Shown here in pieces: positions 1 through 13,393 of a stretch of 64,000 bases of DNA (the first letter of the stretch is position 1; each line of letters begins with the position of its first letter). The position numbers were made by a program, and so were the translations under genes. A model generated the notes under the pieces. It was not told where the DNA came from. It did not search any database and saw nothing but the letters and a program-made list of their open reading frames with translations. Source of the stretch: Somniosus microcephalus (lineage: Eukaryota); contig CM126207.1 of the NCBI GenBank assembly GCA_052327205.1, positions 151,776,001 to 151,840,000 of the forward strand, in the 5' to 3' direction.

Positions 1-3000
1 GATCACACGGTACGCAACTCAAATCAGAAAGTACGCTGCTCTGATCAGACTGTACGCTGCTCTGATCAGTCTGTATGGTGCTCTGATCAGGCTGTAAGCT
101 GCTCTGATCAGGCTGTACGGTGCTCTGATCAAACTGTATGGTGCACCGATCAGACTGTACGTTGCTCTGATCAGACTTCATGCTGCTCTTATCAGACTGT
201 ACACTGCTCTGATCAGACTGTACGTTTCTCTGATTAGACTGTACGCTGCTCCGATCAGACTGTATGGTGCTCTGACCAGTCTGCTCAATGCTCAGATCAC
301 ATTGTACACTGCTCTGATCAGACTGTACGGTGCTCTGATCAGACTGTACGGTTCTCCAATTTTACCATATGATGCTCTGATCCAACTGTACAATGCTCCG
401 ATCTGACTGTACGCTGCTCTGATCAGACTTTACATTTCCCCGGTAAGACTGTACCATGTGCTGATCAGACTGTACGGTTCTCTGATCGGACTGTACGGTG
501 CTCTGATCAGAATCTAAGCTGCTCTGATCAGATTGTACACTGCTCCGATCAGACTGTACACTGCTCTGATCAGACTGTAAGCTGCTCTGATCAGACTGTA
601 TGGTCCCCCGATCAGAATGTACGGTGCTCTGGTCAGAATGTAAGCTGCTCTGATCAGACAGTACGTTGCTCTTAACAGATTGTATGATGCTCCGATCAGA
701 CTGCACCATTCTCCGATCAGACCGTACGATGCTCTGACCACACTGTACGATGCTTTGATCTGACTGTATGCTGTTCTGATCAGACTGTACGTTTCCCCGA
801 TCAGACTGTACCGTGCTCTGATCAGACTATATGGTTCTCTGATCAGAATGTATGGTGCTCTGATCTGACTGTAAGCTGCTCTGATCAGACTGTACGGTGC
901 TCTTAACAGACTGTATGGTGCTCTGACCAGACTGTACGGAGCTCCGATCAGACTGTACGCTGGTCTGAACAAACTGTACGCTGCTCTGATCAGTCTGCAT
1001 GCTGCTTTGAACAGATTTTACGCTGCTCTGTTCAGACTGTATGTTGCTGTGATCAGTCTGTACGCTGCTCCAATCAGACTGTACGATGGTCTGATCAGAC
1101 TGTTCGATGCTCAGATCAGACTGTATACTGCTCTGATCAGACTGTATGCTGTCTGATCAGACTGTACGTTGCACCGATCAGACTGTACGGCGCTCTGATC
1201 AGACCATGGGCTGCTCATATCAGACTGTACGATGCATTGTTCAGACTGTACACTGCTCTGATCAGACTGTACGTTTCTCCAATCAGACTGTATGCTGCTC
1301 TGATCAGACTGTATGGTTCTCCGTTCAGACTGTACCCTGCTCCGAATAGTCTGTATGGTGCTCCGATCAGACTGTACGCTGGACTGATCAAACTCTACGG
1401 TGCTCTGATCGGACTGTACCGTGCTCCGATCAAACTGTACGGTGCTTTGATCAGACTGTACTCTGCTCTGATCGGACGGTACGCAACTCAAATCAGAAAG
1501 TACGCTGCTCTGATCAGACTGTACGCTGCTCTGATCAGTCTGTACGGTGCTCTGATCAGGCTGTAAGCTGCTCTGATCAGACTGTAGGGTGCTCCGATCA
1601 GACTGTACGTTGCTCTGATCAGACTTCACGCTGCTCTTATCAGAATGTACACTGCTCTGATCAAACTGTACGTTTCTCTGATTAGACTGTACGCTGCTCC
1701 GATCAGACTGTATGGTGCTCTGATCAGTCTGTTCAATGCTCAGATCAGACTGTACACTGCTCTGATCAGACTGTACGGTGCTCTGATCAGACTGTACGGT
1801 TCTCCAATCAGACCATATGATGCTCTGATCCGACTGTACAATGCTCCGATCCGACTGTACGCTGCTCTGATCAGACTTTACATTTCCCCGGTAAGACTGT
1901 ACCATGTGCTGATCAGACTGTACGGTTCTCTGATCGGACTGTACGGTGCTCTGATCAGACTCTAAGCTGCTCTGATCAGATTGTACACTGCTCCGATCAG
2001 ACTGTAAGCTGCTCTGATCAGACTGTACAGTTCCCCAATCAGAATGTACGGTGCTCTGATCAGACTGTAAGCCTCTCTGATCAGACAGTATGGTGCTCTT
2101 AACAGACTGTATGATGCTCTGATCAGATTGCTGCATTCTCCGATCAGACCGTACGATGCTCTGACCACACTGTACGATGCTTTGATCTGACTGTATGCTG
2201 TTCTGATCAGACTGTACGTTTCCCCGATCAGACTGTACCGTGCTCTGATCAGACTATATGGTTCTCTGATCAGAATGTATGGTGCTCTGATGAGACTGTA
2301 AGCTGCTCTGATCAGACTGTACGGCGCTCTTAACAGACTGTATGGTGCTCTGACCAGACTGTACGGAGCTCCGATCAGACTGTATGCTGGTCTGATCAAA
2401 CTGTATGCTGCTCTGATCAGTCTGCATGCTGCTTTGAACAGACTTTACGCTGCTCTGTTCAGACTGTATGCTGCTGAGATCAGTCTGTACGCTGCTCCAA
2501 ACAAACTGTACGATGGTCTGATCAGAAAGTTTGATGCTCAGACCAGACTGTATGGTATCTGATCAGACTGTACGTTGCTCCGATCAGACTGTACGCTGCT
2601 CCGATTAGACAGTATGGTGCTCCGATCAGACTGTATGCTGGTCTGATCAGACTGTACGCTAGTCTGATCAGACTGTACGCTGCTCATATCAGACTGTTCA
2701 TTGCTTTGATCAGAATGTATGCTACTCCGATCTGAATGCAAAATGCTCCGACTGGACTATACACTGCTCTGATCCAACTGTACGATGCACTGATCAGACT
2801 GTATAATGATCTGATCAGACTTTTCGATGCTCTGATTAGACTGTACGGTGCTCTGATCAGACGGTACGCTGCTCAGATCAGACTTCACGCTGCTCTGATC
2901 AGACTGTACGCTGCTCATATCAGATTGTTTGATGCTCTGATCAGACTGTATGCTACTCCGATCAGAATGCACAATGCTCCGATCAGACTGTACACGTCTC

Positions 3001-5015
3001 TGATCCAGCTGTACGATGCTCTGATCAGACTGTATGATGATCTGATCAGAATTTTTGATGAGCTGATTAGACTGAACGATGCTCCGCTCAGACTGAACGA
3101 TGCTCCGTTCAGACGGTACGGTGATTCGACCAGACTGTACGCTGCTCTGATCAGACTGTACGCTGCTCTGATCAGACAGTTCAATGCTCAGATCAGACAG
3201 TACGATGCTCTGATCAGATTGTATGATTCTCTGATCGGACTGTACACTGCTCTGATCCGACTGTACGATGCTCTGTTCAGACTGTATGATGATCTGATCA
3301 GACTGTTTGTTGCTCTGATTAGTCTGTACGCTGCTCAGATCAGACTGTACGATGCTCAGATCAGACTGTACGGTTCTTCGATCAGATGGTACGCTGCTCA
3401 GATCAGACTGAACGATGCTGCGATCAGACTGAACGATGCACCAATCAGTCTGTACAGTGCTCCGAACAAACTGTACGCTGCTCTGATCAGACTATGCTGC
3501 TCTGATCAGACTGCTCGATGCTCTGATTAGACTGTATGATGCTCCGTTCAGACTGTACGCTACTCTGACCAGAATGCACAATGATCCGATCAGACTGCTC
3601 ATGGCTCCGATTGGTCTGTACGCTGCTCTCATCAGACTCAACGCTGCTCTGATCAGACTGCATGGTGCTCTGATCAGCTGTACGGTGCTTCGCTCAGACT
3701 GTACGGTGCTTCGATTAGACTGCACGGTGCTCTGATCAGACTGTACGCGGCACTGATCAAACTGTACGGTGCTCTGATCAGATTGTACGGTGCTGTGATC
3801 AGACTGTATGTTGCTCTGATCAGACTAAACGCTGCTCTGATCAGACTGTACGCTGCTCCTATCAGACGGTATGATGCTCTGATCAGATGGTACGGCGCTC
3901 TGATCACACTATATGCTGCTCATATCAGACTGTACGATGCTCCGTTCAGACTATAAACTGCTCTGATCAGACTGTATGTATCTCCAATCAGACTGTACGC
4001 TGCTCTGATCAGCCTGTATCGTTCTCCGATCAGACTGTACACTGCTCCGAGTAGTCTGTATGGTGCTCAGATCAGACTGTACGCTGGACTGATCAAACTG
4101 TACGGTGCTCTGATCAGACTGTACGGTGCTCCGATCAGACTGTACTGTGCTCTGATCAGACTGTACGCTGCTCTGATGAGACTGTACGGTGCTCTGATCA
4201 GGCTGCAAGCTGCGCTGATCAGACTGTACGTTGCTCTGATCAGACTGTATCGTGCTCTGCTCAGACTGTAGGGTGCTCCAATCAGGCTGTCCGTTGCACT
4301 GATCAGACTTCATGCTGCTCTTATCAGACTGTACACTGCTCTGATCAGACTGTACGTTTATCTGATTAGACTGTACGCTGCTCCGATCAGACTGTATTGT
4401 GCTCTGATCAGTCTGTTCAATGCTCTGATCAGACTGTACGATTCTCAAATCAGGCCATAAGATGCTCTGATCTGACTGTACAATGCTCCGTTCTGACTGT
4501 ACACTGCCCCGGTAAGACTGTACCATGTGCTGATCAGAGTGTACGGTTCTCTAATCGGAATGTACGGTGCTCTGATCAGACTCTAAGCTGCTCTGATCAG
4601 ATTGTACACTGCTCCGATCAGACTGTACACTGCTCCGATCAGACTGTAAGCTGCTCTGGTCAGACTGCATGGTTCCCCGATCAGACTGTACCATGCTCTG
4701 ATCAGACTGTACGCTTCTCTGATCAGAATGTATGGTGCTCTGATCAGACTGTACGCTGCTCTGATCAGACAGTACGGTGCTCTTAACAGACTGTATGATG
4801 CTCTGATCAGATTGTACCATTCTCCGATCAGACCGTACGATGCTCTGATCACACTGTACGATGCTTTGATCTGACTGTATGCTGTTCTGATCAGACTGTA
4901 CGATTCCCCGATCATACTGTACCGTGCTCTGATCAGACTATATGGTTCTCTGATCAGAATGTACGGTGCTCTGATCAGACTGTAAGCTGCTCTGATCAGA
5001 CTGTATGGTGCACTT

Positions 5016-5604
5016 TGTGATGAAATATATGTCTTCATCAGCCCCTGTGTTTTACCTGCATTGTATTGTGTGTACCGCCCCCTTTTCCCCTATTGTGTTT
5101 ATTGGCTCCGCCCCTGTCTTTTGTCATATAAAGTTCTCAAGAGCTGTATGAGTCATTCTGCCAGACGAATCCGATGTGGAATGACGTGCAATGTTCTTAG
5201 CGATTAAAAGCCTTCAGTTGAATCCTTTAACTTCTTGTCTTTGAGTTATTGATAGGCATAGTGGTTAGCACGGTTGCCTCACAGCGCCAGGGACCCGGGT
5301 TTGAATCCGGCCTCGGGTGACTGTCTGTGTGGAGTTTGCACATTCTCCCCGTGTTTGCGTGGGTTTCCTCCGGGTGCTCCGGTTTCCTCCCACAGTCCAA
5401 AGATGTGCGGGTTAGGTTGATTGGCTATGATAAAATTGACCCTTAGTGCTAGGGGGATTAAATACGTGGGGTTACGGGGATAGGGTGGGATATGTGTTGG
5501 TGTAGGGATTACGGGGATCGGGTGGGATATGTGTCGGTGCAGGCTCGATGGGCCGAAATGGCCTCTATCTGCACTGTGGGGTTTCTGTGAATCTGTGAAA
5601 ATCA
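5016..5604 (+). mobile_element. Solo Gypsy-type LTR with a SINE inserted near its 3' end
   Basis: Starts TGTGATG and ends ...ATCA, with imperfect TSD cactt/cacat in the satellite. Contains TATAAA and ATTAAA. Its 3' end (ttgataggcat..atca) resembles the end of the LTR at 47941-48262 (ttgataggtatatca). Confidence 0.7.
5260..5599 (+). mobile_element. tRNA-derived SINE (HE1/V-SINE type), slightly 5'-truncated
   Basis: Box A/B-like head (gtggttagca...ggtttgaatcc), V-domain core (gtgtggagtttgcacattctcccc...ggtttcctcccacagtccaaag) and CR1-like tail (ggccgaaatggcct). Near-identical to 40267-40558. Confidence 0.88.
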
Positions 5605-7775
5605 CACATAACAGACTGTATGGTGCTCTGACCAGACTGTACGGAGCTTCGATCAGAATGGACGGTGCTCTGATCAGAATGTATGGTGCTCTGATCAGAC
5701 TGCTCGATACTCAGATCAGACTGTACACTGCACTGATCAGACTGTACCGTGCTGTGAACAGACTGTGTGTTTCTCTGAACAGACCGTACGATGCTCTGAT
5801 CAGATGGTGCGATGCTCCCATCTGACTGTACGCTGCTCTGACGTACGGTTCCCCGATCAGACTGTACGGTGCTCTGATCAGAATGTAAGCTGCTCTGATC
5901 AGACTGTACAGTGCTCTGATCAGACTGTATGGTGCTCTGATCAGAATTTACTGTGCTCCGATCAGACTGTACGTTGCTCTGATCAGATTTCATGCTTCTT
6001 TGAACAGACTGCATGTTTCTCTGATCAGACTGTACGCTGCTCCGATCAGACTGTAAGCTGCTCTGATCAGACTGTACGTGGCACTGATCAGACAGTATGG
6101 TGCTCTGATGAGACTGTACGGTGCTCCGATCAGACTGTATCTTGCTCTGGTCAGACTGCACGCTGCTCTGATCAGACTGTACACAGCTCTGATCAGACTG
6201 TACGGTTCTCCTATCAGACTGTACGCTGCTCTGATCAGATTGTACGCTTCTCCAATCAGACTGTACGCTGCTCCGATTAGACTGTATGGTACTCCGATCA
6301 GACTGTACACTTGTCTGATCAAATTGTATGGTGCTCTAATCAGACAATTCGCCGCTCCAATCAGACTTTACCCTGCTCCGATCAGACTGTACGTTGCTCT
6401 GATCAGAATTCATGCTGCTCTGATCAGAATGTATGCTGCTCCAATCAGACTGTATGCTGCTCTGATCAGACTGTACGATGCTCTGATCAGACTGTTTGAT
6501 GCTCTGATCAGACAGTTCGATGCTCAGATCAGACAGTACAATGCTCTGATCTGGATGTATGATGCTCCGATCGGACTGTACACTGCTCTGATCAGATTGT
6601 ACGGTGCTCTGATCAAACTGTACGATGCTCTGATCAGACTGTACACTGCTCTGATCAGACTGTACGATGGTCTGATCACACTGTACGATGCTCTGATCAG
6701 ACTGTACAATGCTCTGATCAGACTGTACGATGCTCTGATCAGACTGTATGATGATCTGATCAGACTGTTCCTTGCTCTGATTAGAATGTACCCTGCTCAG
6801 ATCAGACTGTACGATGCTCAGATCAGACGGTACGATGCACTGATCAAACTGTACGATGCTCCTTTCAGACTCTATGCTACTCCGATCAGAATGCACAATG
6901 ATCCGATCAGACTGTTCGAGGCTCCGATCAGACTGTACGCTGCTCTGATCAGACTGCGCTGCTCTGATCAGACGGCATGGTGCTCCGATCAGACTTTACG
7001 ATGCTTTGCTCAGAGTGTACGGTGTTTCGATTAGACTGTACGGTGCTCCGATCAGGCTGTACGCTGCACTAAACAAACTGTACGATGCTCTGATCAGATT
7101 GTACATTGCTCCGATCAGACTGTATGTTGCTCTGATCAGATTACACGCTGCTCTGATCAGACTGTACGCCGCTCCTATCAGACGGTATGATGCTCCGATC
7201 AGACTGTACGGTGCTCTGATCAGAATATATGCTGCTCATATCAGACTGTACGATGCTCCATTCAGACTGTACACTGCTCTGATCAGACTGTACGTTTCTC
7301 CAATCGGGCTGTACACTGCTCTAAACAGACTGTATGGTTCTCCGATCAGACTGTGCCCTGCTCCGAGTCATCTGTATGGTGCTCCGATCAGGCTGTACGC
7401 TGGACTGATCAAACTGTACGGTGCTCTGATCAGACTGTACGGTGCTCCAACCAGACTGTATGGTGCTCCGATCAGGCTGTTTTCTTCTCCAATCGGATTC
7501 TACGCAGCTCAAATCAGACAGTGCGCTGCTCTGATCAGATTGTACGCTGCCCTGATCAGACTGTACAGTGATCCGATCATGCTGCATGGTGCTCTGATCA
7601 GACTGTACGGTCCTCCGATCAGACTGCGCAGCTCTGATCAGACTACACAATGCTCTGAGCAGACTGTATGCTGCTTGATCAGGCAGTATGCTAATCGTAT
7701 CAGACTGTACGCTGCTCGGGCCAGATAGTACGGTGCTTGATGAGACTGTACGCTGCTCTGATCAGACTGTATGCT

Positions 7776-9321
7776 TGTAGGGGGTTTCTCTTGCTCTTTC
7801 TGGTCTCTGCCAGGCTTCGTGCAATAATTACCCTTGAGTGGTTTGACCCACTCCCCCTACGGTTCTAGACCTTGGACTTAGGTGCAGAGAACAGTAGTGC
7901 AGAGAAAGAACTCAACAGACCAGGTTGAATAGCACGAAATGGATGCTTTTATTTTTAAACAGTTTGAAGCATTACAAAATACATGTCATAGGCACAGATT
8001 AAAGTTACTACAATCATGCACAAATTTATGAACTTGACTCTATGGAAATGGGGAACACACGGCACATCTTAAAAGGGAAAACACATTACGGTTACCCTTA
8101 ACTCCCTCCCCTATACCTAAACTAAGTTTTGACCTGGGGAACTTGGGATCATGCTCACCACTCTTGAAATCACGAAAAAGGGGGTTCGCAGCCTTTTCGC
8201 ACCGCTTTCCGTCGTCACGTGGATTTGGGAACTTCTGGCGCAGTCGATATTCTCTCTCCCTCGAGGCGGTGGGGTAGACACAGCCTCGATGAGCGCTCGT
8301 CAAGGTTGAGATCCACTATTGTGGATTTGGGTTCATGGAGCAGACCTTCAGCTGCAGGCTGTTGAAGAACTGCATGCAAATGGGAGAATCTCTCCGGCCT
8401 GGATCGTCGGTTCTCCAGAGGGCTTCTTCTCCGTCGGCCTGGGTCATTGATGATCTCCCGACCCCAGTACCCGGGCCACCCTCGTCGTCTTCTCGTCGTG
8501 GCCGAGCCTTGTTTGGCTGAACACCGACCACGTTGTCTTTTCACCGAAATTGTCCGTCTTTAAAAAGACGAAACGTCTTCATCGATTCCGCATCTATCGA
8601 AGTGGAAGAGGCGCCGATCCTGGCACCATCTGTCCTTCGTACGTTCCTTGTAGAAGAAGTTCTTGAAGAAGTAGAAGTCTGAAGTCGCCCAGCCAGAAGC
8701 ATCAGTGAAGTGAAGTACGAAGTAACTTAGATGGACTTTCAATCCATAGTTATACTCTTTTGGGACAGTCTTATCTCCCGCCAAATCATAGTCCTGTCTT
8801 TGTATTAATTTTGGTGGGCAGAAATCTCTGCAGAGGCGCTTTGTCTTGTAATGGGAGCCGGTGATAAATTAACTGGCCTTCCTGGCCGATAATGTCTTTT
8901 AATGTCTTTTACATTGTCATCGCGACTCGGTTCGCATATTGATCGGTTCGGAGATTTTCCTTGATGGCTGCTAAACGGTTTCTCCATTGTACAATAAATG
9001 GGTATAAGTGTTTTTGCATTGTCCGCCCATATCTTGATGGGCCCCATCCTGTACTTAGAATCCATTGAATATGTATGCTGTTTCCCTGAGTTTCGGTTCC
9101 CAGATACTGGCTTTCGCGGGCTTACTGTCTTCAATCCACAAGCCTGTCTGGCTTGCAGTAACAGAAATAAAATGGTCCAGAAAACTGATCATGAGGCCCG
9201 GCGGCCATTTTGTATGCCCTTTTATCAAAGGTTTTTCTGTGCAAGCTTACTTTGGTCAATAAACAGTCTTATTTTATCCGGTTTTCTTGCGTGATTTTTG
9301 CTGAAAATTTCGAATCTTACA
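7776..9321 (-). repeat. 3' LTR of element 1
   Basis: TGTA...TACA termini. Direct repeat of 15329-16875 with roughly 40 substitutions and one indel counted by eye. Preceded on the minus strand by AGGGGGG (9324-9330, PPT-like). AATAAA on the minus strand near 7950. Confidence 0.95.
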
Positions 9322-9713
9322 GGCCCCCCTGTGATACTGATAGCTTGCTTAAAGTATCAATAATCCTTGGTGAGCAAATTTTCCCTGATTCCCCACATCC
9401 AAACATTCCTGGCACTTAACTATCTATGACCCTTACGACACATGCAGTTCCCATTTCCGAAGAAAACGAAAATTACCTTGTGCACAGTTGGATAATCATA
9501 GACAGCATATCTTAAACTATAACACATTCATCTGTCAGATGTGCGGGGGTTGATACCCCCTTGCGCCATCCGCATACACCTTTTATTATTCCAAAAAACT
9601 TAAGAACGACTAATAACATAACAATACTTATTTCCTTAAAACCCAAAACAAAAGAAAAAAAAAAAACGCGAATGGTCAAAATTTAAAAATGGGGGGACGC
9701 TTAATCTTCAATA

Positions 9714-12080
9714 CTAGCAGCTTAAAGTGGGGTGTCTTCTTCCCCCATTCGCACATAGCGTTCTCTCCATTCTCCTGCGTTCTCGTGCCTCTGGAGGCGT
9801 TTGCCTCTTTTGCAATGCACGGAAGAGCAAAAATATCACAATTAAAACCTAACACACTACTAGGATGTGGGATGCTATTGTAATCCAGGCCGGGACCTCT
9901 ATGTTAGTGAACAAGTCCCACCATGGTGGGATGGTTATGTCCAATATGTCTTTTCCTATCTCTAAAGTCTTCTGCTCCAGTGTGTAGAAATGTTTCTGTG
10001 AAACTATAACGGCTTTTAAAATCTTTGTGAGGTGTTCGGGAAGAGGGGGAATGACATAACCAAAATGCGCGACAAATCGTTGCGAGTCTGTGAAATTCTC
10101 TTTGATAGTGATGTGAATGGTGGAGGGCGCAGGAATGGGAACAATTCGTTTTTGTGCCACTTGAACCTCGGCCCTGGGTTTGAAACAGAAACTGCTATCA
10201 CCGATCGAACACCACTCGTGTTGTCCGTAGCGGTAATGAGGCGCTGCAGTGGTGACGCAGTATGTCCCACCCCTGATATATGCTACCTGCGGGGGCACAT
10301 GGTCCTCTGCCATTGCCTCCATGGTGCAATTTATCGGCTTCGCGCTAGCGGTTCTGAACCCACACTGTGGTTTCAAAAAGGCATTCAAGTGCTGGGGACA
10401 CAGGATGATGTGTGCCCCCCGGCTCCGACATCCCGAGAGGTCGGTGCCTGTCATCGTACGCTTCCATCTGATGACGTAAGGCGGGACCACTGCGTAACGA
10501 ATGTGTGCGCCCCCCTGAATGACTCCAATGTTCTCTACCCTGTATACCGGGGCGGGCTTTGCTGTGGGACCCAACACCGGCATTCTTACCACTATTCCCA
10601 TGATAGTATGATTCGAATGTCCGCAGTCCACTGGGACTGGGTACGCTTATGCAGCTAGTCTGAGCTGGCACGGGCTTAATGCATTCTCAAAAGGGTGGAG
10701 CGCTTGCAAGTGCTTGTTGCTAATCCAGGACGGGACCAAACCCTGTTTTAAATCCTCAAGATTACTGCGGCCCTTGCCCAGTAACCACGCCCCATACAGC
10801 ACACAGGCCTCATTTTGCGCAGCTTGATCGGACGCATTCTGATCCTCCTTAATGAGCGCATTGACCGTTCTCGCGTGTTTCTCCAGCTCAGCTATTATAT
10901 CCTTAAAGTGTAGTGTCATGGCCTGGTCCTCATGCAACTCAGAACCCACTACCTTATTTTCGTCTGTCAGTATGTTCCTTAACTGGGCTTTTAAACCGTT
11001 GATCTGTGTCTGCAGCTCCACGTTATCTAGAGCGTTGATGACAGATGTCCCGGTATTAAAAGCAGTGAATATGTCATTTACAGTACCCCTTCTTTGCCTC
11101 CCGACTCGATCCAAAACTTCTGGCAGTGTGGTGTATAATTTGTCTTTGTCGATGTCGGCAAAGTCAAATTCGTAAAATTGTCTAAACATTCGGGTTAACA
11201 GGACCTGGTATAATTGTTCCGTTTCATTGGGACACCACTCCGGCAATCGTACCTCAGTGAGATTTAATATCACTGAGGCCACCGCGTAGTGTACCCCTTG
11301 GTACAGCACCTGACCGGTGGGTACCAATACTAAACCATTCCCGGGTCCCTTGGTGGTGGTTGGGCACCCTTCTATCTGGGCTAGCGCTACCGGAAGCGTG
11401 GGCAGGGGCTTGCGTGGGCGGGTGATGAGTTCAGTGGCGTTTACCGGAATAGGGGAGTATGGGGCTCCGCACGCTCGAGTGCTGACATCCCATCTCATCC
11501 CCTTCCCTTCATCCTGCCACTGCCTCTGGAAGAAGATGGATACGCCCTTGGGGCACACGTGTCTCGAACCCCACATACAGACATATATTCCTTCATCTGG
11601 TTCCCACCATTTGTCCCAACACACACGTAATTGTCCGTGAGTCCCCGTAATAGTCCGATGGGTATTATTACCCAGTCGCTCCCACTCGACCGCAGAGTTT
11701 CTCATGTCCTTTCCCAGCTTTCATAGCCACCACCATCGCCTTAGTGGTATGTTCCCATTGCACACCAGACAAATCCTCTTTCCCACGGTAACGCTGACTC
11801 TGGGTGCAAGGATCCTCACCCGAGGGCATGTTAACGAAGTCTTTTGGCAGGCAAAACCGAAATTGCTGGAATATTCCGTAGAATTCATTCCCAGCCAACC
11901 TGGCCATCTCCCTTGGTGGAAGTAGGTGGCGGTTTCCTCAACCGCTCGCTCCTCTGTCCCATCCGTTGCGATGGGGGCCATGTCCCCGGAGCACCCGAAG
12001 ATGATGACGTCCTTGGTGCGGCCTCGGTAGGCCCACCCGCACCCGATCGCCATGAACGCGATGAGAATATTTTCCATCAT
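9714..12080 (-). pseudogene. env: env: class I fusion glycoprotein-like, ~788 codons, three in-frame stops
   Basis: ORFs 11721-12101, 10647-11705 and 9849-10631 share one frame. In order: signal peptide MMENILIAFMAIGCGWA, Ig-like segment, furin site RQRR (11088-11099), fusion-peptide-like GTVNDIFTAFNTGTSVINAL, heptad repeat, Cys-rich region, WWDLF, TM (WITIASHILVVC*VLIVIFLLF), basic tail. Stops at 11721, 10647 and 9849. Confidence 0.85.
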
Positions 12081-13393
12081 ATCCCAGGTTTCTGTAACCA
12101 ATAAAATGATGTAGCCGGGCTCCCAATAGGTGCTGGCCTAATCCCTGTGAGGGCTGTCGCGTGCCACACCCTGCGGTGGGGCTGCACTGACCTTCGGCTT
12201 TGATCCCCGCAGCCTGTCGCTGTTGAACGGGGACCATGCCTTCCTGGGGCTGCTCTAAGCCGTGGTTGGGAAAAATGGGGAGAATCTGGCCAAAACTTTC
12301 TGGGCTGGGGCGCTCGAGCCGACCTACGAGGGGCTGCTTTGGGTTGGGCTCCCGGGGCTGATGGACCAGGGGTTGGGACTGTTACCGTCACAGCCTGTGG
12401 TTCCTCCACAGCTGCCGGCTCCAGCTCCCCTCCCTCAGGCTCCGCCCCCCCGGGGGCGGGATCTGTGGCTTCCGACTCCACCTCACCTGTCCCTACAGGT
12501 AGTGAGTCTCTGCCCCCATTCCCTACCTCACCCAAGCTTGAGTCAAGGGCGGGGTCATCGTCCTCTGACTCTTCCTCCTCCGTGATTGGGTCTAAGGCGA
12601 GGTCGAGCTGTTTGGGCTCTCTCCTGCCTGAATCCCATTCAAAAGGTGAGACCTCCCACTCCAATGGGATGGCCTCTCCCTTCACGCAGGCTACTGTTCC
12701 AGCCTGTGTGGTCTGTGACTCTGTTACAGGCTGAGGATCTTTGTTCTCAGACCTGGTCCCCTTTGATGGGCCTTGTGCACCCGGTTTAAACAGTTTACAC
12801 CGCTTCATGTGAAACCACCTTTTGCGTTGGGACACCTCTACTGTATGAGTGGCGCAGACCGGCGGATTTTTCACTGATTCCGGTTCTTCCTCCTGGTCTA
12901 CGGTTCTCTCGCCAGCGCATAGGGTTAGACCCAAGAATTTTACTTCTCGCCGGCCAACCCGCACCTTCGTAGGGGTTTCCTTGACGCTTTCTATCCCCTT
13001 CACACTCGTACCCTCTCCCCAGAGACAATGATTTCTCAGGTCCACGTGGATCCCGTGGGCTACCAAGAAATCAGACCCCAGGACTCCCGTTCCACCTCCC
13101 ACCTCTCACTTCATCAGGATACACTTCCACTTGGTGCGGAGTGGTCCTAAATGAATGGAGAGGGGGAGGGAATGTGCGCCAGCCTGTTCTTCGCCCGTGA
13201 AGCCCAACAGATGATATGGGACCCCGGTGGACAGAGGCGAGGTGGTGGGGTTATCTGCGTGGATTACGGTGCACGATGCGCCCGTGTCCAACAGATAGGT
13301 TTCCTTCACCTCCTCTACCTCCATTTCTATGAGGGGTCATCTCCATGCGTCATAGCGGAGCAGACACAGGTAGACGGGCTGCGCTGACTCTAG
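12077..13393 (-). pseudogene. pol: Protease plus internally deleted pol remnant with acidic/Pro-rich tail
   Basis: LLDTGAS...VLGSDFL aspartic protease, in frame with gag past the stop. Followed by an RT fragment (EVKFLG), an integrase C-terminus-like KRWFH..CKLF, and a tail containing PRRSAR. RT/RH/IN cores are absent. Two in-frame TGAs in pro. Confidence 0.8.

Larger units (their letters stand above)
1..7775. repeat. 21-bp tandem satellite, block 1 (interrupted at 5016-5604)
   Basis: Continuous degenerate repeats of GCTCTGATCAGACTGTAC(G/A)NT. Each monomer contains the 10-bp palindrome TCTGATCAGA. The ORF track shows 7-aa periodic translations. Confidence 0.97.

Noticed and set aside
5260-5330. 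tRNA gene
   Set aside because: tRNA-derived SINE head continuing into the SINE core; no complete cloverleaf. The same applies at 40267.
8560-9294. Other short LTR ORFs repeated in both LTRs
   Set aside because: Their duplication merely reflects LTR identity. Mostly non-ATG starts and no domain signal.
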